The translations under genes were made by a program, and so were the position numbers. Below, in pieces: positions 11,230 through 20,936 of a DNA stretch of 64,000 nt (the first letter of the stretch is position 1; the number at the start of each line of letters is the position of its first letter). Source of the stretch: an uncultured virus (IMG/VR IMGVR_UViG_3300025133_000076). Its lineage: Duplodnaviria; Heunggongvirae; Uroviricota; Caudoviricetes. The notes beneath the pieces were generated by a model that did not search any database, was not told the DNA's origin, and worked only from the letters and a program-made list of their open reading frames with translations. The stretch is from the IMG/VR virus record IMGVR_UViG_3300025133_000076; one strand, written 5' to 3'.

Positions 11230-11613
11230 ATGCTTAAAGAATTAATCAAAATATCAAATGAATTAGACGGCCGAGGGCTTAGTGTCGAGGCTGACTATCT
11301 GGATGGTGTTGTCAATAGGATTATAAAGCTATCGCATGGCGAGTTGATTGATTTCGAAGAAGAAAGAAATAAAAGAAATAAAAGAACAGGAAGTAATTTC
11401 CCCAGAGGAGAAGAGCTTGGGGCGTATTTGATAGTTCTTGATGACGGAGAAACATATGCAGATGAAGCATTTGTCGTCATAACAACCGCAAACGAATTAG
11501 AGGATATCTGGGCAGGGTCTAAGATCTATGATGTCGTCCCAAAGGTGGATAAAGATGGAAATCCAAAATGGAAGAGCGTATGGGATCTGATTAGCAATGA
11601 AGCTATCGAGTAG
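11230..11613 (+). CDS. Leader-tagged protein with a VLDDGETY domain (homologous to 32693..32941)
   Basis: MLKELIKISNELD leader; LIVLDDGETY...ELEDIWAGSKIYDVVP. Confidence 0.85.
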   Translation: MLKELIKISNELDGRGLSVEADYLDGVVNRIIKLSHGELIDFEEERNKRNKRTGSNFPRGEELGAYLIVLDDGETYADEAFVVITTANELEDIWAGSKIYDVVPKVDKDGNPKWKSVWDLISNEAIE

Positions 11614-11625
11614 AGGGGAGACATA

Positions 11626-12456
11626 ATGCTTAAGGAATTAATTAAAATCGCAAATGAATTAGACAGTATGGGCTTGACGAAAGAGGCCGATAGAGCAGAC
11701 CGTATACTCCATTCCTATGCGGCAGAAGAGCCTGTTGATACCTCAATAATTGATGAAGTTTCGCAAATATGCTCATGGGTTCCAGAGCCAAATGCTGCAT
11801 TTGATATATTTGTATCTCTTAAAGATACATACTATAGTATGGATCCAAATGTTATTGGCTCAACAATTGACTTAACCGATGATGATATTGCTGCAATGAA
11901 AATAGATAGGAAATATAAGTTTTTGGACAAGGTAACGGAAATTGGAAGCAACGCTCCCTCTGGAGCAATTTGTGCCGCCGGAGTAACAGGGCTGGGCGGT
12001 GGCGCGGGGAGTCTTGGGGCCAGAATTACTTGCGAACCAGATATATATGAAAAATATTGTTGGCAATCTGAAGATGAATTTGCCTCAGTTTTGGCCCATG
12101 AACTTTCTCATATAGTTTTACTGCATACTGCACAAACAATGGGTCAAGAGCAATATCATGCCTCAGAAGAAGATGTTAATCCAGACTATACTGGTCCGCG
12201 TGCTCCAAAGAAAGTATTGGACTTGCTTGAAGGTTCGGCGGATGGAAGGCTGAACTTGTCAATGTGGAGGGCAGATAACGAATCAAAAGCTGATTTATTA
12301 AGTAAAATGATAACCACAGAGGCTGGATATACCCCATCAGGAACCGATGTTTTACTCAGGCTGCAAGATCCAGCCGCCGCCAGTTCGACGCATCCTCCTA
12401 CGATCATTGAGGATCCAGCGGGGATTCAGCAGGCTAAAGTAGTAAGAGACTTTTAA
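11626..12456 (+). CDS. Leader-tagged M48-like zinc metallopeptidase
   Basis: SEDEFASVLAHELSH (HExxH), ESKAD, AGY.P and STHPP motifs typical of peptidase M48. Confidence 0.75.
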   Translation: MLKELIKIANELDSMGLTKEADRADRILHSYAAEEPVDTSIIDEVSQICSWVPEPNAAFDIFVSLKDTYYSMDPNVIGSTIDLTDDDIAAMKIDRKYKFLDKVTEIGSNAPSGAICAAGVTGLGGGAGSLGARITCEPDIYEKYCWQSEDEFASVLAHELSHIVLLHTAQTMGQEQYHASEEDVNPDYTGPRAPKKVLDLLEGSADGRLNLSMWRADNESKADLLSKMITTEAGYTPSGTDVLLRLQDPAAASSTHPPTIIEDPAGIQQAKVVRDF

Positions 12457-12457
12457 C

Positions 12458-15400
12458 ATGCTTAAAGAATTAATTAAAATCGCAAATGAATTAGATAAGC
12501 GCGGGCTTACAGAGCAGGCTAACGCCTTGGATAAGCTTGCTTCTAAGGCTACGGCAAAGGCGGCCAAGGGTATTAACTGGAGCGTTGCAGAAAGGGCATT
12601 ATCTGATTCAGGGGTGGAGCCCTCAAGGGATGATATTATCTCTCAAATGATGGCGGAACCGGCATTTTCAATTGAAAATATAGAGGAAATTCATAATCTT
12701 GAACCAGAACATGACTTTGGTATGGAAGAAGATTTTGTAAAAAGATTAAATAAAAAGGAATTAATATTCTTAGAGCTTGGCGGCTGGCTAAAGGGGCATA
12801 ATAATAGCGTGTCGCAAATAAAAGATTATCTTATTGCCGAAAAGGATCTTAAAAAACCCGGTGATTTATTAAATATAATAAATGTGGATTTAACAAGCCC
12901 AAGCAGTATAGCGGAAGAATTTGAAAAACTGAATAAAGCTCAAGAGAAATGGCATAAAGAAGCAGGCGAAAAGTCGGGTGAAGATAAGTACTTAACACAC
13001 GAGGTTGTCCATGACTTTGGGGACGGATGGGTTGTCGTTTACGTTCCTGCGGTTGGAGAAGGTCCTAATTATAAGGGAAATAAAAGTAAGTCGAATGATC
13101 GTACAGTAGAGGGTAATATCTGTGGACTTTGCCTCGGTGAAAAGCAGGGGTTGTATCAAACTAATGAAAGTGGCAAAATATATTCAGTTAGAAACCCAAA
13201 TAATGAGCCAAAAGTAACTATCAGAATTCAAAAATCAGGTCCGTCGTATATGGGCGGCTACGGAGGGTTTTCTTTGGCGGAAGCGAAGGGGAAGAATAAT
13301 TTGTCCCCAGCAGTCCCTGGGGCCCGCCGCGCCAAAGAGTGGTTCGATTCATTTAACGATGCAGGCGATAAGACCGAACTTAATTATAAAAATAATTATG
13401 ATTACAGAAAATTTCCCCCAGTTACTATAGGGGCTGCAAAAAAAGCTTACGAGAAGGCCGCAGAACCGACAGCGGGGAGGGGTATCATCCTGCCCTTTTC
13501 GCGACGAGAGCCTTGGACAAAAGGCTGGATAGTACATTGGTATAAAAAGGGCATAAGCGAAATAGATAAAGATATTGAAAAGGCTGTATCTGAAAATGAT
13601 TCAATGATATTTAGAAGTGGTTTTGCAAAAAAATACAAGGAACTTGCCGAGCCGGTAGTGAAGCATTGGGCGAGACCATCACTGATTGCTGAAGGCCACC
13701 CGGAGCATATCTTTGTGGGGCGTTCACAACGAGATTTTGAGCATGAAGTATGGAAGACATATAGGAAAAGCGATTGGATGCAAGAGGCCGTCGACACCCT
13801 TTTTCGAAAGGATCTTGATAGAGCTTTATCATTGGGGCTTCATTTGTATCCAGAGTACAAAGAGTTCGGCCGTGCGGGAGTGGAGAACGGGCTGGATAAC
13901 AAAGGGTCCTTATTAATGACTCGGTTTTATGATGCAAAACTAGACAAAGCTTATCCAGACCTTGGCAAAAGATTAGCGGAAACATTCATAGACACAAAGC
14001 CTTATGAGTTCTTTGAAAAAAACCTTGAAGAAAAGTATCCCGAGCTAAAAGAGAAGGCCGCATTTGCTTGCGCGGCAATAGATATAAGCAAGCACCTGGA
14101 GAGAGAGGCTGCAGCCCTCAGGCCAGGTCTGGGGACGCACAGTGATCATAGAGATGTTTCGTCTGGATTTAGGTTTTTTAAATCAAATCTTCATATTAGA
14201 GGATCGGCTGAAGCAGGGAAGGAGTTGGCAAAAGTTATTGTAGCCGACCGTCCGGCCGCCTCCTTTGAAGCTTTGACTGCAGCCCCCAACGTGTACCAGC
14301 CCGCTTATGACGACCCCGATCACCCTCAGCGAAGTTCTCTTATTGATATTTATCCAGACCTAGCGGATATCGAGCTTGTTACAAAGATTGCTTCTTTGAA
14401 TCCAGAAATATTTTTTAATCAATACTTTGATAAAAAGTTAGAGTATAAACATCTTGCCCTAGATGCGGCGAAATCTCTTTTAAGCAAGCGGCCGGGGCGA
14501 TATTTTTTAAGCAGCGAAAGCAAAGAGGACGATGGCCTCGAGCCGGGGCGGAAAGTGGCTGAGAGGCCAGATATTTTTCTTGATTACTACAATGAGTTAG
14601 AGCCTTTTGCTGTAAAAAGATTAATGGAAGCCGGTAGCGAAGGCCTCTTTTTTGAGGCCGTGCAAAAAGGCCGGACATGGCCTGCAAAGTATATGAGGGA
14701 CCATGGGGATGAGGTCGTAAAGGCTCTGCTGCAGCGTGCTGATCCAAACAGGATAAGGCTTGATGGCGGGGGAGACCCGAGAAAGATAGAGGACGAAGGG
14801 AGAGACTTGTCAGAGCGTGGCAAAAAAGCCATGTTTTACCTCGACCATAAAATAGCATTTGAATATTTTAATGATTATATATTAGGATACCGCTCTAACT
14901 CTATAGAAAGAGATTCCACTGGAGCCTGGGTTCAAAAGGGCGAGGATGCTGCTTTTATAAGCGAAAAAGATCGTGAGAGATATCGCGAATATGGGTCGAA
15001 GATAGTCGAGCAATGGGCTGTAAAATATCCAGAAGGATATTTTCAGGAGAAGTTAGGGCTCAAATATCCTCAATTTAAAGAATTGGCAATAAAATCTTTG
15101 TTATTTCACAGGATATCGGGACCGATAAATATAGATAATCTAGATAAGGATGCGGTCAAAGATGCCCTTGATATTTATGGTGAAATTGATGTTTTGCCCC
15201 CAGAGGTTGAGCGTATTTTGAAGGCAACCGCAGAGATATATCCGGAATTATATTTAGATGCAGAATTGTATGAGATATATCCTGAGTTAAAAGAGAGCGC
15301 AATTTATGCTTTAGCGGAGAAAAATCCTAAATTATTCTTTGACAAAAATTATGATATTGAATTTCCAGAATTAAGAGGGGCTGCAAGTGCAGCTGCAAGC

Positions 15401-15670
15401 GCCCGATACAATGAGCATGCAGAGTTGCCGGAAGAATCCCCTATAGATTATAGAGAAATTCCGATGGGCGAAGAGATAGAGGATATAGATGAAGCTGATT
15501 ATTTCAATGCAGAATACGAAGAGAATTGGGATCCAGACGATCCAGATAAATTTGTTATTTCTGGATATAATCGAAAGCTGGCTAATCTAAAAATCTGGTT
15601 AATTAAGAATCATCATACAAGTGAGGCAAGACGGTTGATGAGAATTATAGGGGGTGCTAAAAATGGATAA
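12458..15670 (+). CDS. Large leader-tagged protein with PcfJ-like segment and FF...YPEL helical repeats
   Basis: N- and C-terminal leader motifs; EGNICGLCLG...KIYSVRNPNNEPKVTI; repeated YPEL/YPDL. Confidence 0.8.
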   Translation: MLKELIKIANELDKRGLTEQANALDKLASKATAKAAKGINWSVAERALSDSGVEPSRDDIISQMMAEPAFSIENIEEIHNLEPEHDFGMEEDFVKRLNKKELIFLELGGWLKGHNNSVSQIKDYLIAEKDLKKPGDLLNIINVDLTSPSSIAEEFEKLNKAQEKWHKEAGEKSGEDKYLTHEVVHDFGDGWVVVYVPAVGEGPNYKGNKSKSNDRTVEGNICGLCLGEKQGLYQTNESGKIYSVRNPNNEPKVTIRIQKSGPSYMGGYGGFSLAEAKGKNNLSPAVPGARRAKEWFDSFNDAGDKTELNYKNNYDYRKFPPVTIGAAKKAYEKAAEPTAGRGIILPFSRREPWTKGWIVHWYKKGISEIDKDIEKAVSENDSMIFRSGFAKKYKELAEPVVKHWARPSLIAEGHPEHIFVGRSQRDFEHEVWKTYRKSDWMQEAVDTLFRKDLDRALSLGLHLYPEYKEFGRAGVENGLDNKGSLLMTRFYDAKLDKAYPDLGKRLAETFIDTKPYEFFEKNLEEKYPELKEKAAFACAAIDISKHLEREAAALRPGLGTHSDHRDVSSGFRFFKSNLHIRGSAEAGKELAKVIVADRPAASFEALTAAPNVYQPAYDDPDHPQRSSLIDIYPDLADIELVTKIASLNPEIFFNQYFDKKLEYKHLALDAAKSLLSKRPGRYFLSSESKEDDGLEPGRKVAERPDIFLDYYNELEPFAVKRLMEAGSEGLFFEAVQKGRTWPAKYMRDHGDEVVKALLQRADPNRIRLDGGGDPRKIEDEGRDLSERGKKAMFYLDHKIAFEYFNDYILGYRSNSIERDSTGAWVQKGEDAAFISEKDRERYREYGSKIVEQWAVKYPEGYFQEKLGLKYPQFKELAIKSLLFHRISGPINIDNLDKDAVKDALDIYGEIDVLPPEVERILKATAEIYPELYLDAELYEIYPELKESAIYALAEKNPKLFFDKNYDIEFPELRGAASAAASARYNEHAELPEESPIDYREIPMGEEIEDIDEADYFNAEYEENWDPDDPDKFVISGYNRKLANLKIWLIKNHHTSEARRLMRIIGGAKNG

Positions 15671-15848
15671 AGAAAAGATTAGTTTAAATATTGAGATTAC
15701 ATCTACATACTTAAATGATGAGAGAATTAACGGTATAGAGAGAATGATAAAGGACTCTATACAAAATGCTGTATCAAAAATTGATGCAAAGAGCGCGCCA
15801 GTTTTTATAGAAATATTAAAAATAACATCTGTTAATATAGATAAATAA
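15663..15848 (+). CDS. Small hypothetical protein
   Basis: ATG overlapping upstream stop; 61 aa. Confidence 0.55.
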   Translation: MDKEKISLNIEITSTYLNDERINGIERMIKDSIQNAVSKIDAKSAPVFIEILKITSVNIDK

Positions 15849-15867
15849 TATAGATAAGGATATTAAA

Positions 15868-16260
15868 ATGATAAAAGAACTTATAAATTTAGCAACACAC
15901 TTAGATCAAAAAGGTCGTATTAAAGAGGCGGATTATTTGGACTCTATAATTAAGATCGCAAAAGATGGTGACCCAGAAGAGCAGGCGGCGCGGCCATCCG
16001 ACAGCGAAAAGGTCGCGATACTAATTGCCGGGCTTCTTGAGCTTCGCGAAGAAGCAAAGAGTGGCTCTCTAGAGATGGGGATTATAGATGATACTTTAGG
16101 TAAAGTTGGAGAAAAGCCATGGCTTGCTCCGGATCATGGCCAGCAGCGAGGCGAGGGCGTTATGCTAAATGATGATGAGGTTGAAGAAATGACAAGAGAA
16201 TATATCAGAAGCGACCGGTCCGCAAGGCACATTGAAGATGCATGGCCGCCTGTTACATAG
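15868..16260 (+). CDS. Leader-tagged hypothetical protein
   Basis: MIKELINLATHLDQKGRIKEADYLDSIIKIA. Confidence 0.85.
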   Translation: MIKELINLATHLDQKGRIKEADYLDSIIKIAKDGDPEEQAARPSDSEKVAILIAGLLELREEAKSGSLEMGIIDDTLGKVGEKPWLAPDHGQQRGEGVMLNDDEVEEMTREYIRSDRSARHIEDAWPPVT

Positions 16261-16292
16261 ATTATAATAGATAATAAAATGATAAAGAATTA

Positions 16293-16325
16293 AAAAAGCA
16301 GGAGCTACAATGCTCCTGCTTTTTA
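16293..16325. terminator. Bidirectional intrinsic terminator
   Basis: AAAAAGCAGGAGC-TACAAT-GCTCCTGCTTTTT between convergent genes. Confidence 0.8.
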
Positions 16326-16345
16326 TTTGAATATCATTATTAATA

Positions 16346-16756
16346 TTATTCAGATTTTCTCTTTAATTTGTCTCGCAATTTGCCCAGCCCACCAGTGATC
16401 GTTGACCAAACACCTGTTACAGATTTTTTAACTAGACCATAAGTCTTTTTAACTAAGCCAGTTAATGTTTCCCAAACATCTTTAACCATGTCTAAGCATT
16501 GGTCCCACAGTAGATCAAGTATATCTAATATCATTTTTAGTGGCGCACTTAGGGCGCGAAGCAATGGGTGGCGATCTCTACGGGCCATCAGCCAGGCTAA
16601 CAATATGCCAGCAACTAAACCTTCAAGGCGTGGCATTTCGGTGTGAAGCAAAATTAACATATTCATTGCAAAGCCAAGTACCAAAAACAATAGTTCCCAG
16701 ACGGATGTGCCCAGTTGCAAAACAAAATCAAGTAATTCTTTTAATAATTCTAACAT
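16346..16756 (-). CDS. Membrane protein
   Basis: Hydrophobic helices; start moved to the ATG after AGGGG RBS. Confidence 0.7.
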   Translation of the reverse strand: MLELLKELLDFVLQLGTSVWELLFLVLGFAMNMLILLHTEMPRLEGLVAGILLAWLMARRDRHPLLRALSAPLKMILDILDLLWDQCLDMVKDVWETLTGLVKKTYGLVKKSVTGVWSTITGGLGKLRDKLKRKSE

Positions 16757-16977
16757 TTTATTACCCCTTTGTTCATAGCCCATTAGAGCTATATCACATT
16801 TTCTTTATTTATTAATATAGTTATAATTTGTGTAAGAGAGAGAGCCTGTGCCTAGAAATGGTGCATAAAGCAGCAAAGAGTAATTTGCTGCTAATATTAT
16901 AGGTAAATATGACTTCTATTATTACTTTGAAAGTTGGTATAATTTGAAGGGTTCGACTGTAACGGAAAAGGTGTCTT

Positions 16978-17505
16978 ATGATAAATAAATTAATAAAACT
17001 AGCAGACCTCTTAGATGAGTATAGTTTGGATAAAGAAGCAGATTGTCTTGAGATAATGATTAAGAAGTATTCTGCTTATACAGATCAGAACACAACTCAG
17101 CCTGGAGCCTCTTCTTTAACATGGATAGACAATTACGATGAGTGGGGCACTAAGATGAATTTGGGTCGTAAAAATGAAATTGTTCCACTTAATGAAAATG
17201 GCCGCCCCATGATGGCCGATAGGGATATGGCTGCAATGCAAAGGGTTTTGGATCAAGACTCAAGATCCGCGATGGGCTATTTTGTTATGGATCCATATAA
17301 TGATGAAGATTGGGAGAAATATGTCGTAGGGGAAGAGTCTCATCCGGAGGGGAAAGAGATCGCCGTTCCTCTAAGTACATATGAAGTAGATGGAAAGAGA
17401 ATTAATTTTTTCAAAATAAACGTGAAAGGCTCTGCAGATTGGTTCGGCAGAGTAGAGGAAGGCGTTGGAACAGAAGGGCCTTTGGCCGAAGGAGATTTAA
17501 AATGA
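16978..17505 (+). CDS. Leader-tagged hypothetical protein
   Basis: MINKLIKLADLLDEYSLDKEADCLEIMIKKYS. Confidence 0.85.
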   Translation: MINKLIKLADLLDEYSLDKEADCLEIMIKKYSAYTDQNTTQPGASSLTWIDNYDEWGTKMNLGRKNEIVPLNENGRPMMADRDMAAMQRVLDQDSRSAMGYFVMDPYNDEDWEKYVVGEESHPEGKEIAVPLSTYEVDGKRINFFKINVKGSADWFGRVEEGVGTEGPLAEGDLK

Positions 17506-18296
17506 TCAAAGAACTAATTAAAATAGCAAATGAATTAGACAAAAGGGGGCTTATGAATGAAGCCGATACTTTAGACGAATTGATTGATAACCCCCATCAA
17601 TCGCCCGAATGGCAGGCTGCCGAGAGCAATCCTGAGCAGGTGGCCCTGTGGAACCAGTCCGCTTACCCTGCGGGATCATCAGCGCCTGAAGATATAAGCT
17701 CAAAAGTAAGAGAAGCATTATCTAGCCCCGGAGGTCAGGAGGTATTGACAAAATACAACCTCACCTTAGACGACCAGGCGATTGATAATTTAAAAAATGC
17801 TATTGCAAATTTTGATCTAAAAACTTTAACCGATAAGTTAATGGAGCTTACAATTGGGGTAAAAGAGGCTCAGCAATTTTCTAAAGCCATTAATAAGCGG
17901 GCCGGAGTAGCTGGCGGCGCATTTGACTTTTTGGCAGTCACTATAAAAGAAATCGTTGCTATAGTAAAATATCTTGCAGGCCCTTCAAAATTATGGATGA
18001 AAGGCTTAATTGCCGCTATTACAGCGGCAGTTGGAACGGGATATCTTGCATCGCCCATTGATATAATTCCAGATTTTCTTTTAGGAATCGGACAAATTGA
18101 TGATATTATTGTATATATTAAAGTCTTTGCCTTTGCCGCCTCTAAGATAGATTCGGAAAATTGGCGCGAAGCAAGAGGGGATGCATCTGAAGAGATTCCC
18201 GAGAAGGCCATTGAGGATGTAGGGTCCGAAGAGGATCCTCCGCCCCTTATCTCAGAACTGCCGGTTATTGAGCCGGCAGAAGAAGCTGTGGCATAA
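17502..18296 (+). CDS. Leader-tagged YkvA/DUF1232-domain protein
   Basis: Leader from ATG 17502; GYLASPIDIIPDFLLGIGQIDD signature. Confidence 0.8.
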   Translation: MIKELIKIANELDKRGLMNEADTLDELIDNPHQSPEWQAAESNPEQVALWNQSAYPAGSSAPEDISSKVREALSSPGGQEVLTKYNLTLDDQAIDNLKNAIANFDLKTLTDKLMELTIGVKEAQQFSKAINKRAGVAGGAFDFLAVTIKEIVAIVKYLAGPSKLWMKGLIAAITAAVGTGYLASPIDIIPDFLLGIGQIDDIIVYIKVFAFAASKIDSENWREARGDASEEIPEKAIEDVGSEEDPPPLISELPVIEPAEEAVA

Positions 18297-18355
18297 TCTT
18301 CGTGAGGATTAAATGTCAATAACAATGACAAATTTTGCAGATAAAAAATTAGAAC

Positions 18356-18562
18356 ATGAATAGAAAACAGAAGATTTTTAGATTGGCGAAAATAGCTGCC
18401 GAAGGAGATCCACATTGGGACCTTCAGAAGAAAATCTTTGATGCTTTAGTGTCCAATGGTTTATCTGAACCGATGGCAGCGATAGTTGTCTCTAATGTTG
18501 GATGGGAAGATTTAAATGGTCTATGGAAAAAAATTAAGCAAAATATGGATGACGCTAAATAG
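18356..18562 (+). CDS. Small hypothetical protein
   Basis: 68-aa ORF. Confidence 0.6.
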   Translation: MNRKQKIFRLAKIAAEGDPHWDLQKKIFDALVSNGLSEPMAAIVVSNVGWEDLNGLWKKIKQNMDDAK

Positions 18563-18569
18563 CCTCAAT

Positions 18570-18878
18570 TTACGGACACAAGATTGGCTTATAATCTTCT
18601 TTCATAAAGTCTAGAGCGAACATTTTATTCCACCCCAAGTATCTGGCTTTATCATTAAAGAATATATCAATACTATAATGATAATCATTGTCAGAGGACT
18701 CTTCCTTTATTACCCTGTCCGTCTTTATATCAACTTCTTTTGCTGAATAAAATTTACATTCAACAAAATAAACATAATAATAATTTCCTGAGCTTAATTC
18801 GTAAAGGGATATGTGTCCCAATACATCAGGATCCGATAAAGAAGATAGGTTTACCATTGTTCTGTCTAAAAGCTTCAT
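18570..18878 (-). CDS. Hypothetical protein
   Basis: 102-aa ORF at end of minus-strand operon, AGGA RBS. Confidence 0.6.
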   Translation of the reverse strand: MKLLDRTMVNLSSLSDPDVLGHISLYELSSGNYYYVYFVECKFYSAKEVDIKTDRVIKEESSDNDYHYSIDIFFNDKARYLGWNKMFALDFMKEDYKPILCP

Positions 18879-18915
18879 AACGAAAGATTATCCTTTAATA
18901 GTAGATTATAATATC

Positions 18916-19368
18916 TTACTTTTTAACTCGAACATTTGGGACATCCTTTAGGCGCTCTGACAACTCATCTCGTCCATCGGGTAGGATCTCAGAAAATGCT
19001 CTTATAACACCAAGTATTTCGCCCCAAATGGCAGTTGGAACGACCAAAATATCATAATCTGTATATATTTTGGCCCATGAGCTTGTGCCTTTATCATTTG
19101 TAAATGATCGCGTTTCAAAGTCATCCATCGCATAAAGATGCTCGGGCTTAATAGCTATATTAATACCTTGTACATCAAAGCGAACTGGCTCTGTATTTGC
19201 AAATGCGAATCCGCCTGGATCAAACCAATACTCATCTACAGGCTTTTTCTCTACAGGAGAGACTCCGTACCTATCTCTTATATCATTTTCGCATACTTGT
19301 GATCCGGCAATTGTAACATGTTGTTTTATTTTTGCTTCTGGCGCATAACGTAATCTAACTAACTTCAT
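18916..19368 (-). CDS. Hypothetical protein
   Basis: 150 aa, GGAG RBS. Confidence 0.7.
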   Translation of the reverse strand: MKLVRLRYAPEAKIKQHVTIAGSQVCENDIRDRYGVSPVEKKPVDEYWFDPGGFAFANTEPVRFDVQGINIAIKPEHLYAMDDFETRSFTNDKGTSSWAKIYTDYDILVVPTAIWGEILGVIRAFSEILPDGRDELSERLKDVPNVRVKK

Positions 19369-20329
19369 TTTGGACTCCCTGATTGAGATTGCGTGATATT
19401 CTCATGATACGATGCAACTTCGTTGATAAGTTATTAAAATTACTATATAGGTATAATTTATCCGGCACCGGTTCTTTAGTAAAAAAATGTTTAACCTGGT
19501 GTTGATCAACCGGACAGAATACCGAGCCCTGGGCCAGCTGGGCCGCCAATGTTGCAAGGCCACTATTTGATAAAAACAAATATTCACTACACGCAAGGTC
19601 ATTGAGGTCTCTCTTTAACTCATTAGTATCACCGACCGAGATTTTTACATTTTTAATAGTCAACAACTCTTTTAAGTCTTCCCATCGTTTTTTCTCTACA
19701 ACAATTCTAATATCTGGAACAATACGATGAGTACTACAAATCTTATTTATCACATTTATTAAATTTTTGTAGTACTCACATGGCCAGGCCCGGTTGTGCG
19801 CCTTGTGCCCCGGGTACGCCACGTCACCTCTCCGGACGTGTATAGAAAACCTATTTTTAATTAGGTTATTTTTATTGTTAGAATAATATATATTCCGAAT
19901 TCTCTCATGAGCCTTTTGAAAAACACTATATTGTTTCCGCTCCCATATTTGATAGGGGTATATTCTCGGAATTCCCGATAATTCAATTAACGTAGATTCT
20001 TTATTATTGCTTTTGTATATTCTGTTTATTTCATCAACCAGATCATTGACTGCATTTTTCGACATCCCTTTGTAATATTTGCCTTTATTGATTTTACAAC
20101 TGTTTTTAGTATTTGCTTTAGGTAAAACTTTGAATTTTAAAAAATCTTCTTTAGTAATAATGCTTAAAATCTGTCTGTCCGATATTCCCCAGGAATTATG
20201 ATAAACTATATTACAGCTTAACATTTCTGCCAAGATAAAGCAAGAGATTAACGTCTTCATCTGGTGCCCTAGTCTCCCGCCACTAGGTAAATCAATGGTG
20301 ATATATAAATTTTTATTTTCCAAATTCAT
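19355..20329 (-). CDS. Alpha-1,2-fucosyltransferase-like glycosyltransferase (GT11-like)
   Basis: GGRLGHQM, SIHVRRGD and SNSG motifs; start taken at ATG 20329, coupled to upstream stop. Confidence 0.75.
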   Translation of the reverse strand: MNLENKNLYITIDLPSGGRLGHQMKTLISCFILAEMLSCNIVYHNSWGISDRQILSIITKEDFLKFKVLPKANTKNSCKINKGKYYKGMSKNAVNDLVDEINRIYKSNNKESTLIELSGIPRIYPYQIWERKQYSVFQKAHERIRNIYYSNNKNNLIKNRFSIHVRRGDVAYPGHKAHNRAWPCEYYKNLINVINKICSTHRIVPDIRIVVEKKRWEDLKELLTIKNVKISVGDTNELKRDLNDLACSEYLFLSNSGLATLAAQLAQGSVFCPVDQHQVKHFFTKEPVPDKLYLYSNFNNLSTKLHRIMRISRNLNQGVQNEVS

Positions 20330-20936
20330 ACCCGAAATACTCAATGTCTTTTGCATACTTTTCCGCAACGATTTGACGAGTTTCGTCATCGTAGTATTCG
20401 GTGTAGTGTTTGTGTTTTGATTTGTTCGCCCATGGAAGCTGTTGCCGTGGAATTCCAATCTTGTTACAGGCGGCGTTGAAGTCTTCTTGGAGATTTTCAA
20501 ATCTAATTACATAATCAAGTTTATGACTTTTATATTTTTCTACATAGAAATAATCAGCACATGACCTTCGAGGTAGATTATTCATAAATCTTCTTTTATT
20601 AAAAGATTTAGGCCCTTTCCAAAAATAAAATGAAATAGCACGATCCCATGGATTCCTTGTCGCTCCAAGCTTGAAATAGTCTTCAATATCTCCATACTCT
20701 TCTCTCCATTTCGCGTAGTATTGATTTAATGTCGTATGCTTTTTTATTTTAAATTTTTCATCAGATGATCTAATTGCAAATCTATCTAGATAAGATTTAC
20801 TATCTATATTATATTGCGCTTGTTTTTCATTTGCTTCAATATTATCTTCAGAATATTCTACAAGGTAATTTTGTATAGAATTGCCTGCAGTTTTAGGTAC
20901 GTGTACAAAAATAAATTTATGTTTATGACTTATCAT
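20313..20936 (-). CDS. Sulfotransferase family 2 protein
   Basis: FIFVHVPKTAGNS, RNPWDRAIS, IRFENL, YYDDE...DIEYFGY. Confidence 0.85.
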   Translation of the reverse strand: MISHKHKFIFVHVPKTAGNSIQNYLVEYSEDNIEANEKQAQYNIDSKSYLDRFAIRSSDEKFKIKKHTTLNQYYAKWREEYGDIEDYFKLGATRNPWDRAISFYFWKGPKSFNKRRFMNNLPRRSCADYFYVEKYKSHKLDYVIRFENLQEDFNAACNKIGIPRQQLPWANKSKHKHYTEYYDDETRQIVAEKYAKDIEYFGYEFGK

